A stretch of 64,000 nucleotides of DNA from Raillietiella orientalis. Lineage: Eukaryota. Where the stretch lies: positions 1,612,001-1,676,000 of the forward strand of contig JAYWIR010000017.1 in the NCBI GenBank assembly GCA_036172245.1, read 5' to 3'. Below the pieces are notes generated by a model. It ran no database searches. It was not told where the DNA came from and was given only the letters and a program-made list of their open reading frames with translations. Below are positions 1-12,900 of the stretch, in pieces; the stretch's first letter is position 1; the number at the start of each line of letters is the position of its first letter. A program made the position numbers and the translations under genes.

Positions 1-400
1 CCTGGGTTTCGCCATCACGCCCCTGTTTACCATGCACCACTCCTCCCACCAGCCGTCTGAATGCCAGAGGCACACTCTTCCGTTCTTGAGTTCAACCTAG
101 TAAAAGAGAGTTTTGATGAGAAAAAGAGGTCTGTCCCGAGCTTGACCAATGATGCTCGTTTTCTGCATCAAGCTGACTGAGTTTCATCGTTTACGACGTT
201 TCATCCCCTTTGAGTCCCAGAAGGAATCCTGTTTGCTACGAAAAAAGGCTTGTTTCCTCATATGGTTCTTCCAGCAAGATGGTAGATGTTTGGAGGTGAA
301 AGTTATTTTCTTCGTCGGAATGATGGGTCATCGGGTCAATATTCTTCGATCATCAATGGTTCTTTCACCTTCAAAGTTTTGACTTTGATTTCAAATATTC
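1..400 (-). mobile_element. Very degenerate L1/Tx1-type reverse transcriptase remnant (runs off the window start)
   Basis: Minus-strand frames give RT-like fragments in the expected order across stops and frameshifts: FVANRI (cf. GF..GR.I), QLDAEN (cf. SLDAEKAF), DGWWEEWCMVNRGVMAKP (cf. NG..S..F...RGVRQG.P). Confidence 0.3.
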
Positions 401-3400
401 CCATATCCAAGAACTCTCTCGTATGTTAGCTACCGTTTTCTGTCTCAGAACTCTTGATGCTCTCTGCACAATTTGTAAACCCTGTCTTCATCAACGAAAA
501 AGTAATTACACAAATATACCAAATGATCCATTGGTATATTTGTGTGATTCACGCGTGAAAATCCATTTTCAGGGCAGAGGATGTATACAAAATATATTGG
601 AAGCCCAAAATGATTTTGAACGAAAAGAAGCCCACACAGCCAATTCACCCTACAGAGAACGAGAGAAAGGCAAAGTCTAAGATATCCTGTTATTTCATTT
701 TGAAGAACTTAAAAGCTTTTTTTGAAAAGGAACTTGGAAGTGAAATAACCATGACACGTGTACCTTGACCAAAAGCCTTCTTCATCAACCGTTTGTATAA
801 GAACTGGATCGACGACCGATTGCTTCTATGATTTCCTTTCTATGTGCCTGGAATCGAAACAAGGACTTTCCTGAAACATTAATACCTTAGGAAAACATGG
901 AAAGAATGATGACCCTTTGCAAAGCAACCTGACCCAAGAATCAAAAAGTGAAACACGTCTTTCCTCGTCGCGAAAAGAATACTCTAAATAAGGAACTTCA
1001 GTTGAGAAAACAGAAAATTTTTTTGAAGACATAGTCCTTCACTGTCATGAGAAGAGGTAGTACCAATCTAAGTATCTATCGCAATGAGTCTTGTGATTAC
1101 CAAAATAAAATGATAACATGCAAACGCAGCAATTTACTTAGTCGCATAATCAGTGAGTTTTCGTTTGCAGCGTGGAAACTTTTGGGTGACCGATATCAGC
1201 TTCAAAGGTGCTTCAGGCAAGTGCTCTCAGTTCTCTGCTTCATGAAATAACAAACTCTCAGGAAAACCCACGATGCGGAAACCACAACCGCCAGAAGTTC
1301 TTCAGACCAGCAACTATATAAGTGTTAAGTGTTGTGTCATAAGAAAACGAGTCCAGTCGTCCTTGTCATATCTCAAATGTTGTGCCACATAACTCGGACT
1401 AATTGACTCAGCCAAATGAGGAAGAATGAAATCCACAGAAGGAAACCGAAAGTCCAAAGTGCCCAGGAAATTTGAAGCAACGAGATATTTTTTTTTTTCC
1501 TTTTTTCGTACCTCACGTGTCTTCACAAAAGCTCCTGTGTCACTTTGAAAGTGGCCTCGCATCGCTCAAAACCAATCACCTCAAGCTCAATAAAGTCTGT
1601 GGCTGGAATTCCCACTCCATCTACGCATGATCCACGTTATTTCTCGGCAGTTTTACATCCAGTTGTCTTCTGTACGCTTTTCTCAAGTGCTTAAGGATTC
1701 CTGTTGTGCAGTGCTGTCAATTTTCCTACCGAATAATTCAAAAGAGCCATGCATGAGACGAGCTCTCACTCACGAATGAGTGCATGGGTGGGTACTCATG
1801 CATGAGAACGAATCCAGCAGCGAATCAGAGGACCAGCATATTAGAACGGTTGCTGCATACTAACCGGTCGAAATTCGGTATGGTTTCGAGTGGGATGAGA
1901 GCTGGAGGATGGACCAATACTTGGTTATCGTATTCTTTTTCCTTTTTCAAGAGAACCATCGTCATGATCTCCAAGCAGCGAATTATGCGTAAAGAGGAAA
2001 GAACAGTCAGCAATTATCGAAAGTGACAAAAAAGAAATTTGGAGACCGCAAATGTTTGGTCGGAGATTTCGATCTCCATCTAAATTCAAGATTTCTTTAT
2101 GAATTCCATAAATCGTGAATGCCAGTAAAATTTCGCTGAATCAGGAATCATCGTTACCTATTTGTAAAGGATGGCAAGTGGGCTGTCTTGTCACATGCGT
2201 TTCCAGATGATGAAAATCTCAAGATAATTATATATATATATATACATATATATATAGCAGTTAGGAAAAATTCTTCTTATACGGATAACCTTTGATGTGG
2301 TTCCCCCCCAAGAGATAAAACAAACTTTAAGTAAAACTTGACCTGAAGCATGAATGTATGTTAGTATGGCGCATATTTAGGTAAAACATATATGGAGACC
2401 TTCGAGTAGTCCTACTCTGACAAGTGTACTGCCTAACGGTCTGTTCCATCATGCGTTCCATATCTTTTTTGCAAGTCTTCCTTTGTTTTTACAAGGTCTA
2501 AAAATCTTCCGACTTTACGAAAAAAAGAAATTTTCAATTTCCGTTCAAAAGTTCTGTGACTGGAAATTTCCAAGTCCAAGGCTGAATACATGAACGGACC
2601 TTCACGTGCTTGGCTTCTGGCAATCCCCACTGACACGTGTTCTGGTTTCGAGCAATGTGTGCGCTAGCCATTTGGTCCTCCAGACTCCTGTTTCTGAAAG
2701 TTGCATCAGTGGACTTTCTGGAATTTTATCCTGAATCTATGTCGAGCAGCACTTCGATTGGAATTCGACCGTACATGGACGCACAAAATAAAAATTCTAG
2801 AGTCAAATCAAAACTTGTGTACAAGATGAAGCATAGCAAGAAGGAAGGTGACTAAGTTCTTGTGCGGCACGAAAATCCCGGATGCCACTCGCAACTAAAT
2901 ATAGCCTGACTTGCCTCCAGCTGCTTATTATGTGTCCAAAACGAAAAGCTATTCCAGCTTCTCTCGTCATTTCTCTGTCTCTTGGCTGTTTCCTGCTGCG
3001 TTCCCGTACAACGTGCCTTGATTCAATCCCCTTTCCTTTCGTAAGAATCCTTCGTGGCTACCAGTACGGTTTGCTCCTGTTCCGTGCGAGATGTCTGACC
3101 AGCAAAAATGGATCCCACTCGAAAATTAGGCAAGTCCGTACGCATGCCTTCACGCAGCTGTGCTGTGCCTCCTTTTACTCATCTCTTCTGATCCCTCTAC
3201 TCGCCTCGAAAAATAACGCCTCTCTCTCTGGATGCGCGCAGCTTCTGACTTCTCACGTAATGAGACTGCAATCTTTAACCCTACTCACTAGTCTTCTTCG
3301 GGATTCCACCGTCCTAAGCTCTCCATTTTGCAGTATCGGCCTTTCCAAAAAGCTTCCTATGCACACAGAAGGAGCAATTTTTCTCCTAGACTCAGAAATC

Positions 3401-3965
3401 ATGGATCTCTTCGCAACAGATCTCATGAACACTACTTCTGTCTCTTCGACTGTTGAACCATCTATAGTTCGTTTTCAGGGTTCAGTATTGGTAAAGGCAA
3501 TTCTGTTTGCGAAGATGTGTGAATCCGCTAAGTCATGTGCATTTTTACACACATATAGGTTTGGCTATGTATGCATTGCGCGCAAGGTAACACACATTAT
3601 GTGTATGATATGTATGTGTACTCAATGAAGCATATAATTTTTGTAAACAAAAATACAAATATATATATATATATATATACATGTGTGTATGGATGTTTAT
3701 TTCTACTAATGTAATATTTGCTTGTATATCTTCATATATTTGAAGATGCAGTAACATACTGCACCTAGGTATGCACCCAGCTTATATGTGTGCGTGCAAA
3801 TCTTTACTTGCACATACTTGCATGTATTTACGTACATTTTATGTGTACATGCTCACATTCTGCTTAAAAAGTTATATCAAGTAAAGGAAAACACTTGAAA
3901 CCCACCATCCTTCTCTGCACATCACGGTGAAGTGGATAAGCAAAATAAAAATTTCAAATAAAAAA

Positions 3966-4033
3966 AGGGATAGAATAAGCAGACGATAATAATCGTTATT
4001 ATTCTTCCTTATTATCGTCCTTATTCTATCCCT
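3966..4033. repeat. Imperfect 68-nt hairpin (14-bp and 11-bp stems)
   Basis: agggatagaataag(ca)gacgataataa ... ttattatcgtc-cttattctatccct are reverse complements. Confidence 0.85.
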
Positions 4034-4779
4034 GCAGACGTTTGGAACATAATCTTCAAGACGTTAGCAACCTACTGGTGAGTGTTCGTGGCAACTTGCA
4101 ATTCACCGTCAAGAAATACTTGGAGTTACCGGAAAGACTTGGTTCCGAAAGATAAACACGAAATCTTCACAGCGATTCGTCCGGATGCAAGCGGTGGTGC
4201 GTTGGAAGGATCTCACCATGAGCGGATCCCCGTAGTGAGTTGAATTAGCGTTTTCAGGCGTAGAACTCTGGGAAATAGGAAGCAATTGCTATCGGAACCT
4301 GAGTCCCGTTTCCAGGAAGACTCGCAGTTCCTTCCCAGAAGAAAACAAACGTTCCGACAACGATTTTTGCGGCGTCTAGCTAAGTGACGACTACTCCGAC
4401 GCTATCCTTGGAGGGTGCTCGTGGAAGGAGCAAGGAGCTCACTGAGATGTGATGCACATGGTTTGGCAAAGGCGTTCTGTAGGAAGGAGGAAGCTGATGA
4501 TGGTCGAGGAACCCACAAATGAGTTTCAGGGGATAAAAATTCCCAGATGAATTTTTGAGAAGGAATCTTGTGCTGACATGTAAGCATCAGCATGGAGCGC
4601 ACAGGAGGATCGTGTTTGCAAAATGGCGTCATGAGCGCCAGGGTTTTTTTTTTTTTTTTTTTTACAGGAGTAGAATTTTGCAGGTTCATTCTGGGTAGGA
4701 CGTTTGAGGAAAGCTGGATGTTTCCAAAACGAAAGAAAAGAAGATTCCCGGAAGCTTTTGGGGTGCTCTCAAGAGGACC

Positions 4780-6610
4780 GACTTGAATTTGGATTTCAAA
4801 CTCGGCCCGAGTGCGCGCAGCTAAAAGGACAAGGAAGATCAGTGGCTGCAGAAAAGGATTCTGACGGGAAAAATTCCCTTCCCTCCTGTTTTTGAGATTA
4901 GAAGGAACCCGATCGATCAGGATAGAGTAGACCTCGGTACGTAGCTTATTATTTCCAAGGCTGCCAGTCTGGCTATTAGTAGCGAAGTCCCAAATGGTTT
5001 TCAGATAGATATCTGGCATTCTCTGGATTTAACACCAGGGAAAGACGCAGGAAAACCCTTATCTTTGGAGTCATAAAAGAACTGTTGGAGACTCAAGGAA
5101 ACTTGAAGGTTCCTTAAAAGCTCCTGAAAGCGAATGCAGCAAGATTTCACGAGAAATTCTGAAACAGACGAATTCTCACAAAAGATTGCAGTTTCCTTTC
5201 CGGGAATGGAATTCCGAGAAAAAGTTATTGAGCACCGCAGCCAGTTCTATTGACCTCAAGAAAATTTTTTTTCGAGAAAAGCCATCTTTAGGCAACCACT
5301 TTAGACTCCCTTGGCATGCCTCGGGTTAGCTGCCCTGGAACTAGTAAGATTCCAGTAAGAAGAAGAAAAAAAAAACAGGGACAATTTTCTATAGGCTGAG
5401 CAAAATAAGAGCATAATATTTATAGAGATGATCGACAAAGATGAGTAGATTGGTAACGTTGTCGACGAAGCCTCTCTCATGCTGGATTGTCTGCTTCGAA
5501 TGCAAAAAGCAGAAGAACTGTTTCTTTTGCAGAAGCAGACTTGACAAGATCCGAGAGATGGAATTTTGAAAATTTTGGTGGCTTTTCTGCAAAGAGATTG
5601 CTCTCGTTGGAAAGCATCGGAGGCTTTCAGTTGCAACACGTGCTTGTTTTAATTTTCACGGAAATGTGATTTAGTCGCACAACTGGGAAAGTGTGCATTC
5701 TAGTCCTTGAGATACTTAGCACTTTCTTTCGGTGCCTCAGAAATGAGTGTACTCTTCCGAGGGAAGACGCACTGAGGCAACCTGGTCGTCGGTCATGGTT
5801 TTCATCTGAAAAATGATCGCCACCACTCATCATAAAAACGAGTCTGAGAGCCCGCTAATTCTGGAAGATGGTGTAAGACTTTAAAAGAACTTTTCCATTG
5901 CTGCTAGCAACAGCAAATGACAGAATGAGCGAATGACGGTCCAGAAGGTACACATGCAAGTCGCCGGATAGCAAAGATGAAAGTTGGCTCCAGATAATTG
6001 ATCATCGGATACGTGAAAATACATTGCAGCTGCCATGATTCTTTACCGTCAGAATTTCCTGGAATCATTCCTTCATAGTTCAAAAAAAGTGAGTCTTCCA
6101 ACGGATTCTTCCATGTGGAATTTTTTTCATTTCGGACTTTCGAGAATGGTTCCACTTTCTAAAAGTAAATTGTGCTCCATGGATCCCTTAGAAGTCGCTT
6201 CATCTTCTAAGAAGTATTCCTCGCATTCTCTCTGGGCTGGAGAATAAGCGATCATGCATCCATTGCGTTCCTCCGAAACAACTTTGAGAATTTTAGGAAT
6301 CTAGGCGTCCTTCCAAAGTGTAATGAAGGCGCTATTGTATCTGGAGCCAACCCTCATCGATCCAGTCGCTGCTTAGATCTTGCAACGGATTTCGAGTTTT
6401 CATCTGGGTTATCCTCCATCGGTGATAATAAGCCTGAAAACCAAGATTTTCTTCAGTTTTAAAGAAACTTGACTGCGGACATGAGACCCTTTCGTGCTTG
6501 TCGATCGGGGAGTACAGATGGCTCGAGGCAGGTAAGAAAACCTCAAACTCGAAACTGGAAAATGTACCATGAAAGCTCGGTTTCGCCTCCCAGAGAAAGT
6601 CATGTCTCAA
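4780..6610 (-). mobile_element. Degenerate L1/Tx1-type LINE ORF2 remnant
   Basis: Ordered minus-strand fragments: KGSHVRS and FFKTEE (APE-RT linker, about 6.5 kb); MIPGNSDGKESWQ...FAIRRL (RT start, about 6.0 kb); GFVDNVT (YADD region, about 5.46 kb); IW...NNKLRTEVYSILIDRVPSN (zf-RVT-like, about 4.9-5.0 kb). Confidence 0.45.
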
Positions 6611-9133
6611 CGATGGCAGCGAATGAAAATCTCTCTTCGCTCACGGCACAGGCGGTGCCCAGACATCCGTCAAGCAAAAGGAGAGAAAGGGTTGTCGATC
6701 TGACGAAGAAGAGGAATTCGGTTTTGCTGCTGGACTTCTGTGTCCGCCTTTTGTCAGCACGTTCATCCGGAGAAAGACGCACTGGCCGTTCAACCAGAAA
6801 ACCGGATGAGGAGCTTTACAAGCTTTGTCACCCGGTTGCTTCGAGGCGTTCATCAAATGAAATGACGTCATTGGTAGGACCCCGCCTCCTACCACGTCCC
6901 AGTGCATTTGGAGCACGCCGAGATGCTAGTACGCAGACCAACAAGGTCTGCCTCGGCAACAGAGGAGAACACACAAACAAACAAATAACATGTGTATATA
7001 TTGAAAACGAAACCTGGGGTGGAGGGTCCACTGGTTGTTGATAGGATCATTGGTTGTTGCGAGACAGCCGCCAGAAGATGCTAGCAAGTTCTATCACATA
7101 TTTCTCAGATAAGGCCATCCCGTTGCGATCCGCAAGAAGTGGGCCACGATGTTGATGGACTCCCCGTCGTCCTGGCCTCCTACGGCAGCGCTCCAGGATG
7201 CAACAATGCCTACAAGGCAGCAAACAACTGACAACGACGCGCTTGGAAACAGTGCATCTCGCACGAAGAGGCACTTTGAAGCGTCTTCCGGAGCTGTCTC
7301 TGGGGATCCGAAGGGTCGTGGCAGAAAGCTCCCAGACGGACCGGAGGACAACGCAGTCCACAGGCAGGCCAGGGAAGAATTCGACTTGCTCGCATCCCGC
7401 AATCTGTACAAGAATCCGGCTTGCTTGCATCCCGCAAGCTTATTTGGCGCAACTGGTTTTCTCTATCACGAAGTGTCAGCTTTGCAGTCAGGGCATATCA
7501 GCCCAAAGAGTGTTGCGGAGGCCAGGACTCCACGCTGAAGTCCTCCGCCCTCTTTTCCATGTGAAGCTCTTTGCATTTTAAGAAGATTTCTTTATGTCTA
7601 CCGCGGCACTTTTTTTGATCACTTCTCGGAATCATTGTCCGGCGAAGTGGTTCAATGATAACTTCCGCCAACACACCACAGGGTCATCAAACTCGGGAAA
7701 TGAAATCACATGGAACAAACAGGCGTCAATGGCATGAGATCTAGGAGATGCTAGGAGTCCCTCTTCATCCCTGCTTCATCCTCGAAGCAAAAAGACTTTC
7801 TGAAACTGGATGGAATTTTCTTATTTGAGGAGGTACTGCTGGAACGAACAACGCTTGACCATATGCAAGCAAACACCGGATAGTCCACCGGATCTGCGAT
7901 CTTCTGTCCGTTTCAACATCTGTCCCGAAAAACCCCCGTTTCTTCCACTCAAATAGGACTCAAGAGCTCAACTGCCTTCCTGACGAGTGGGAAAATCTTC
8001 TTCTCCTGCGACGCAACGGACTTCGAGAGCACAGTCGAGAATGGCCGCAAATTATTCGGGGCGGCGTTTTCGATCATGTGATTAGGAACATGCTTGCGTT
8101 CAGCATACACTTGACTTCTTCGTTCTGCCGTTGCGGTTCCTTCTTTTCCGGAGACAACCGAGAGCACCGATGACGTGATTTTTGCCATGTCAATCTCAAG
8201 TCTCACCCCCTCCCCCTCTGTCGTCTCATGCTTTTAGCAGAAGTGAAACCTCAGAAACTGTGTTCGTTTTATTTCATTTATTTGTCTGAATCGGCATAAT
8301 ATTTATTGAAGATGAGAACGTAATATTTTTTTTAAGAAATATTACCTATTTTCGTCATCTTTCAATTTTTTTTTTTTTTTTTTTTTTACATGTGGTACAA
8401 CACGGACAAGTGGAATGAAGTCCAGCTTGGAGGAGCAGGCAGTGGAAAGCTAGGAACGAAGTCTACTAAAGATGGACAATCAAAAAGCAAAGGGCGAACA
8501 GAAAGCAGACCTTCGTTCTTCTCACGTGTTTTCTGATCCGGAGAGGGGCACGAGGGATTTCCTTAAGAACAAATGCTTGCCTCTTATGAGAAACTCGATT
8601 TCCCGCTCAAGAATGCCATTCTGGACGCAAAGTGAGCTAGCATACAATGAATGTGAATGATGAAAGTGGATGATGTCCTAGGAAGCAGCTGATGAAGCTA
8701 ATGATTCTAAATCTCCTCAATCCTTTCCTCCAACTTTAAATCTTTCTACGTCATTTGGTACAATTCGTATTATTTAGCACCTCTGAAGTTCATCTCAGTA
8801 GTCATAGCGGAAAACACAAATTTTGCATCTCACGAAAGATGCCTTATGTGTGGAAGAGAAAACTGCTGATTCCCATGAAAACATAAGCGAAGAAAATGGA
8901 TACCGGGATGCCGCCAAGGTTCCCATTATTTAACGGTTCGTTCTGAGGATGGGATGCAGCTGAAGCGGTCTAAAACGACTGATTCTACTGGCTGTACTGC
9001 GATGCGAGAAGAAGCACAAAATGGTGAAGAGAAACCCATGCATTTGGAATGCAGAACATGAGAAAGTATGTCTCGATCGTTCTGCCTTCAAAGAGTATTC
9101 CATGACAAGACCTCTCTCCCCCTGTAGAACTTC

Positions 9134-9930
9134 CGCGGTGCAGACTAAAATCCTGAAAGATCTTAAAAATATACATTAATATACATATTTCTATATAGAT
9201 TAATGTGTGTATTGACATATACTATAAATATTTTAAAAACAAGTGCATATATATATTAATGTACATATTTATAAGTAGATTAATAAACAACTTTATTTTA
9301 GCGTACATATTTTATTAATGCTATTAATAATTTCTTCTTATATACATGAAATATGTATATATAGATAGGTAGATATAGAGACAGTCCTATCTACGTATCC
9401 TGTCTCTAACTGTATAAATATAAATATAGATAAATAGATAGATATGGATGTACAACTTTATTTTACCATACATACTTCTTAATGTTACTAACTATATATA
9501 TAATCTTTGTCAGCTATCTGTATATCTGTATAGATCGCCAGATCTATATCTATCTATCTAGATAGATAGATAATGTTACTAATATATATCTATGATTATA
9601 AAAATAAATATGTACGTTTATTAAGCACATCCATGTATGTATGCAGATATATTTATGTATAATATTACTATTAATACCATGTATGTTAATAAACATTGAT
9701 AAACATGTATATTAAACTAATATTACTCTTGATAATATGCGTATTCACAAATATTAATAAATGTATATGTGAGAATAAACTTGCATGTTAATTTATATAT
9801 AAATATGTACATTAGCATACTTAATAAGAATATGTATATATTTTAAGATCTCTTATAAGATGTATTAGTATATATAATAAACATATGTAATTATTTTCAA
9901 GATCGTTAGGGATTTTGAGCCAGGCCCGCG
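9134..9930. mobile_element. AT-rich MITE-like element with imperfect about 38-bp terminal inverted repeats
   Basis: The left end cgcggtgcagactaaaatcctgaaagatcttaaaaata (9134-9171) matches the reverse complement of the right end (9892-9930), cgcgggcctggctcaaaatccctaacgatcttgaaaata. The interior is TA-rich low complexity. No TSD recognised. Confidence 0.5.
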
Positions 9931-12900
9931 CGTCCGATTGCAAATCCATCCATTAATGGGTGATACGGTCAGGCAAAAGCCAAGAGATGCACTCTTGAAG
10001 AAGCTATCGAGGACAGTCAAAGCCATTCCGTGAGCTTTTTACGCATTAATTGGCAGCTTAATCGTGTGATTTAAGAAGGTCAACGTGATTAAATAATAAA
10101 GCATCCACGGAAAAACACGCTGGGGAAGCTGGAGACTTGTCTTCGCGTGGACTCGCAAGCAGTCTGCAGCCGAAAAACAAACAGCATACATGCGAATCGA
10201 TCCCATAAACGAAGAATCCCGAAAATCAGTGTTGGCAATTGTCCCTCTGGGAATCAGCACAGTCTGCACTGTCTACGTATATGTATGAGGCCTAGATGAT
10301 GTAACTAAATAGCCAAAAAAAAAAAAAAGGGGTTTTAGAGCCAAAAACTGACTGAGCCGAATCGGTGGTGGAACTGCCTACAAAAATAGCACAAATTGCA
10401 GAGCATTTATTAGCAGTGTTCTTTGCTGGACACGGGCTGTCACTGGTCATCTACAGAAGAGCAGCAGCTGTGTTTCCGGAAAAACCTGATTCCGGTTCCA
10501 TAGAGCAGCATGGTTATCAGCAAGTTTGACATGGATTTCAAATGAAAGTATCTACAGTACAATCTTGAAGTTACTCTTCTGAAGCTGCAAAAATAGCACG
10601 GTGTTGGTTAATTTCTCATAAAATGTTTACATCATTACTTACAATGAATTGGTCATGTTGTTCACATTGGAAAACGTGTCCGCTACATTTCCGAGTTACA
10701 TTTCCTTCCCTAATAGGTTTAATCCTTGTTTTAGCACCCTCTTCGAATACAGGTCTTGGAGGAGTCCTGGTTCATCAATATTGGGTTGCTTCCACACTTA
10801 ACGACGGCGGTTTCTCTTTTTACCATTTCCTCAGAGATGCCTTTAGCAGCCACCTGCTTCTTCTTAATGACTTTGTTTATTTTTATCAACACTGCCTTAA
10901 TGAAGGTGAGGCACATCTGGACCATTGAGTTGTATTTTGTAACGTCTCTTGCCCCTTCGAATCATCCTCTAAGGATGTCCACCTTCTTTCTCCCTGGGTC
11001 ATCCTTGAATTGCTTTACCAGATTCCAGTCTTTGTCTAGCAGAGGAGTGTACAATCTCTGGGAACAATGTGCTTCATTCTGCACATCTTGTGGTAAGCTT
11101 GATTTCCAGTATGTGTGTGTGTGTGTGAGTATTGGTTAGGTTGCCCAGTAAGAGGGGTAAACGGAATGTTAGCAATAATGAAATAAATGATTGGAGGATG
11201 TTAGTAGCTTCATCAACGAGTGCTACGTCCTCCCGCTGTACTGCTTTGAAGAAGATCTGGAAAATTCCAATTTGCGCGCTCTGTCATGCTCGAAATTTTT
11301 TCAAGGTTGATGACTACTTAGGGAAAGAAAATGTCCATCTGAATATGCGCTTGTTAATCCCATAGGATGAAGCACAGACAACGGAACTGAATGGAAGGAA
11401 TGGAATCTCACATTTCCAAGTAGGGAAATTCCAGGTACTTCAATCAAGATAGTGTCGATTTATTAGTACGAGATTAAAGTACGAGAGTACGAGAACTTCG
11501 CGAAGTATTGAAAAGGAATCTTGAAAATGGAACGAAGAGTATTGCTAGGGAGAATGCTGGTGCAACTGCAAGAGCAGTATCCGTTTTTGACATGTTCATC
11601 TGACGGAGGAAAAATGGAGAGGTTTAATCCTGCCCATCGTCGCAAAAATTCATCAGTGACATAAATAATTAAAACTCGGAATGATGTTGGATTGCAAGGA
11701 TTGCTCGAATTCAGGGCACAAGGCTGGATGATTTTTTGAAAGGGGAGGGGGAAAAAAAAAGTATTAAGAAACGATGATACGTCATTTCTAACATATGAGC
11801 AACTTGTGTGGGGTTTCAGTTCCTACTGAAAGTTGTATTCATGCAAATGAATTTGAATCTCCTGACGGTCCGATTCGAATCATTAGCAGCCGCAAATCCA
11901 GGTAACTTGAGATGAGATATTTCACGAATTACCTACACCAAAGATTTATGCAAGAAATCTGTTTGCAGACCTCATGCGGAACCCTCAAGGTATGCGAAGT
12001 GATACAACTCTCAGGAATCTCAAAGACTCACGCAATCATTTGGACGTTGATTATGATTGAGTACGATTTCCGTGAAATCACGAGTAGAACCAATCAGTGT
12101 TTTCTTTTTTACCAGTTAAGCAAATGACAGACATGCAAATAATTCAAGAACAGTGCCTCCGCACAAACTGTTTGGTTTCCTGAACGCAATTCATAGGTCG
12201 TAGGTTCAGGAGCTGGGAAAAACATCTTATGTTTCATGGGAGGAGCTGGTCGGCATTCAAAAGTTACCTGTTCTGTATCCATCTGCCTCCGTTCTTAAGA
12301 TATCGATGGCGAACATGCACGTTTTGGTTTAGTTGCTGTATGCTAACCAGGTTTTCAGAACTTGCGTGTGGTAGTGCAAGTGGCCTATGGGTGATAACAT
12401 GTCTTGCCGACGAAAGAACATCGATATATTAGGCTTGCATCATGGAAGCAGTGAAGTGAATGCTTAGAAAGAAAGGTGCTTTTTGGAACACCACTTGGGA
12501 CGACACCAAGAACATTCATTGCTGCTATGGTTGGATGTTCGGCATACTTTCATTATAGTTTCTGGAAGCAATGCAGGCAACAACCTTTTGAAAAATTGAA
12601 TAACTCAAAAGCAATCTTTTCATCTGGTTGATGACAATAATTTATTATATTTGGTGCTTCGATATGCAGTTCAACTAGGACAGTGGTGATCCTTTTTTTT
12701 TAAAAAAAAAAAAAAGGAAAAAAAAACCGATGTGGCAAATCTTCAGCTGCTTTAAAATGCTGTTGAAGTGATTGGTATTTCGTCTTCATCAGTTGAGACA
12801 GACAAGAAGCTCGTGAAGATAAGATTACCTGATCAAAAAGATAATTTACTTCCGAATGCATTTTGATGCAACGCATTATGACTGGAAATTCCGAGGGAAA

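Noticed and set aside
2882..3628. 248-aa + strand ORF; the opposite strand has REAGI..GHIIS, vaguely Gypsy RT-like
   Set aside because: No recognisable domain, it ends in a low-complexity tract, and the LTR-element similarity rests on too few residues.
7400..7520. Possible decayed zinc knuckle (KCQL..GHIS) on +
   Set aside because: It needs several frameshifts and has no supporting ORF1 context.
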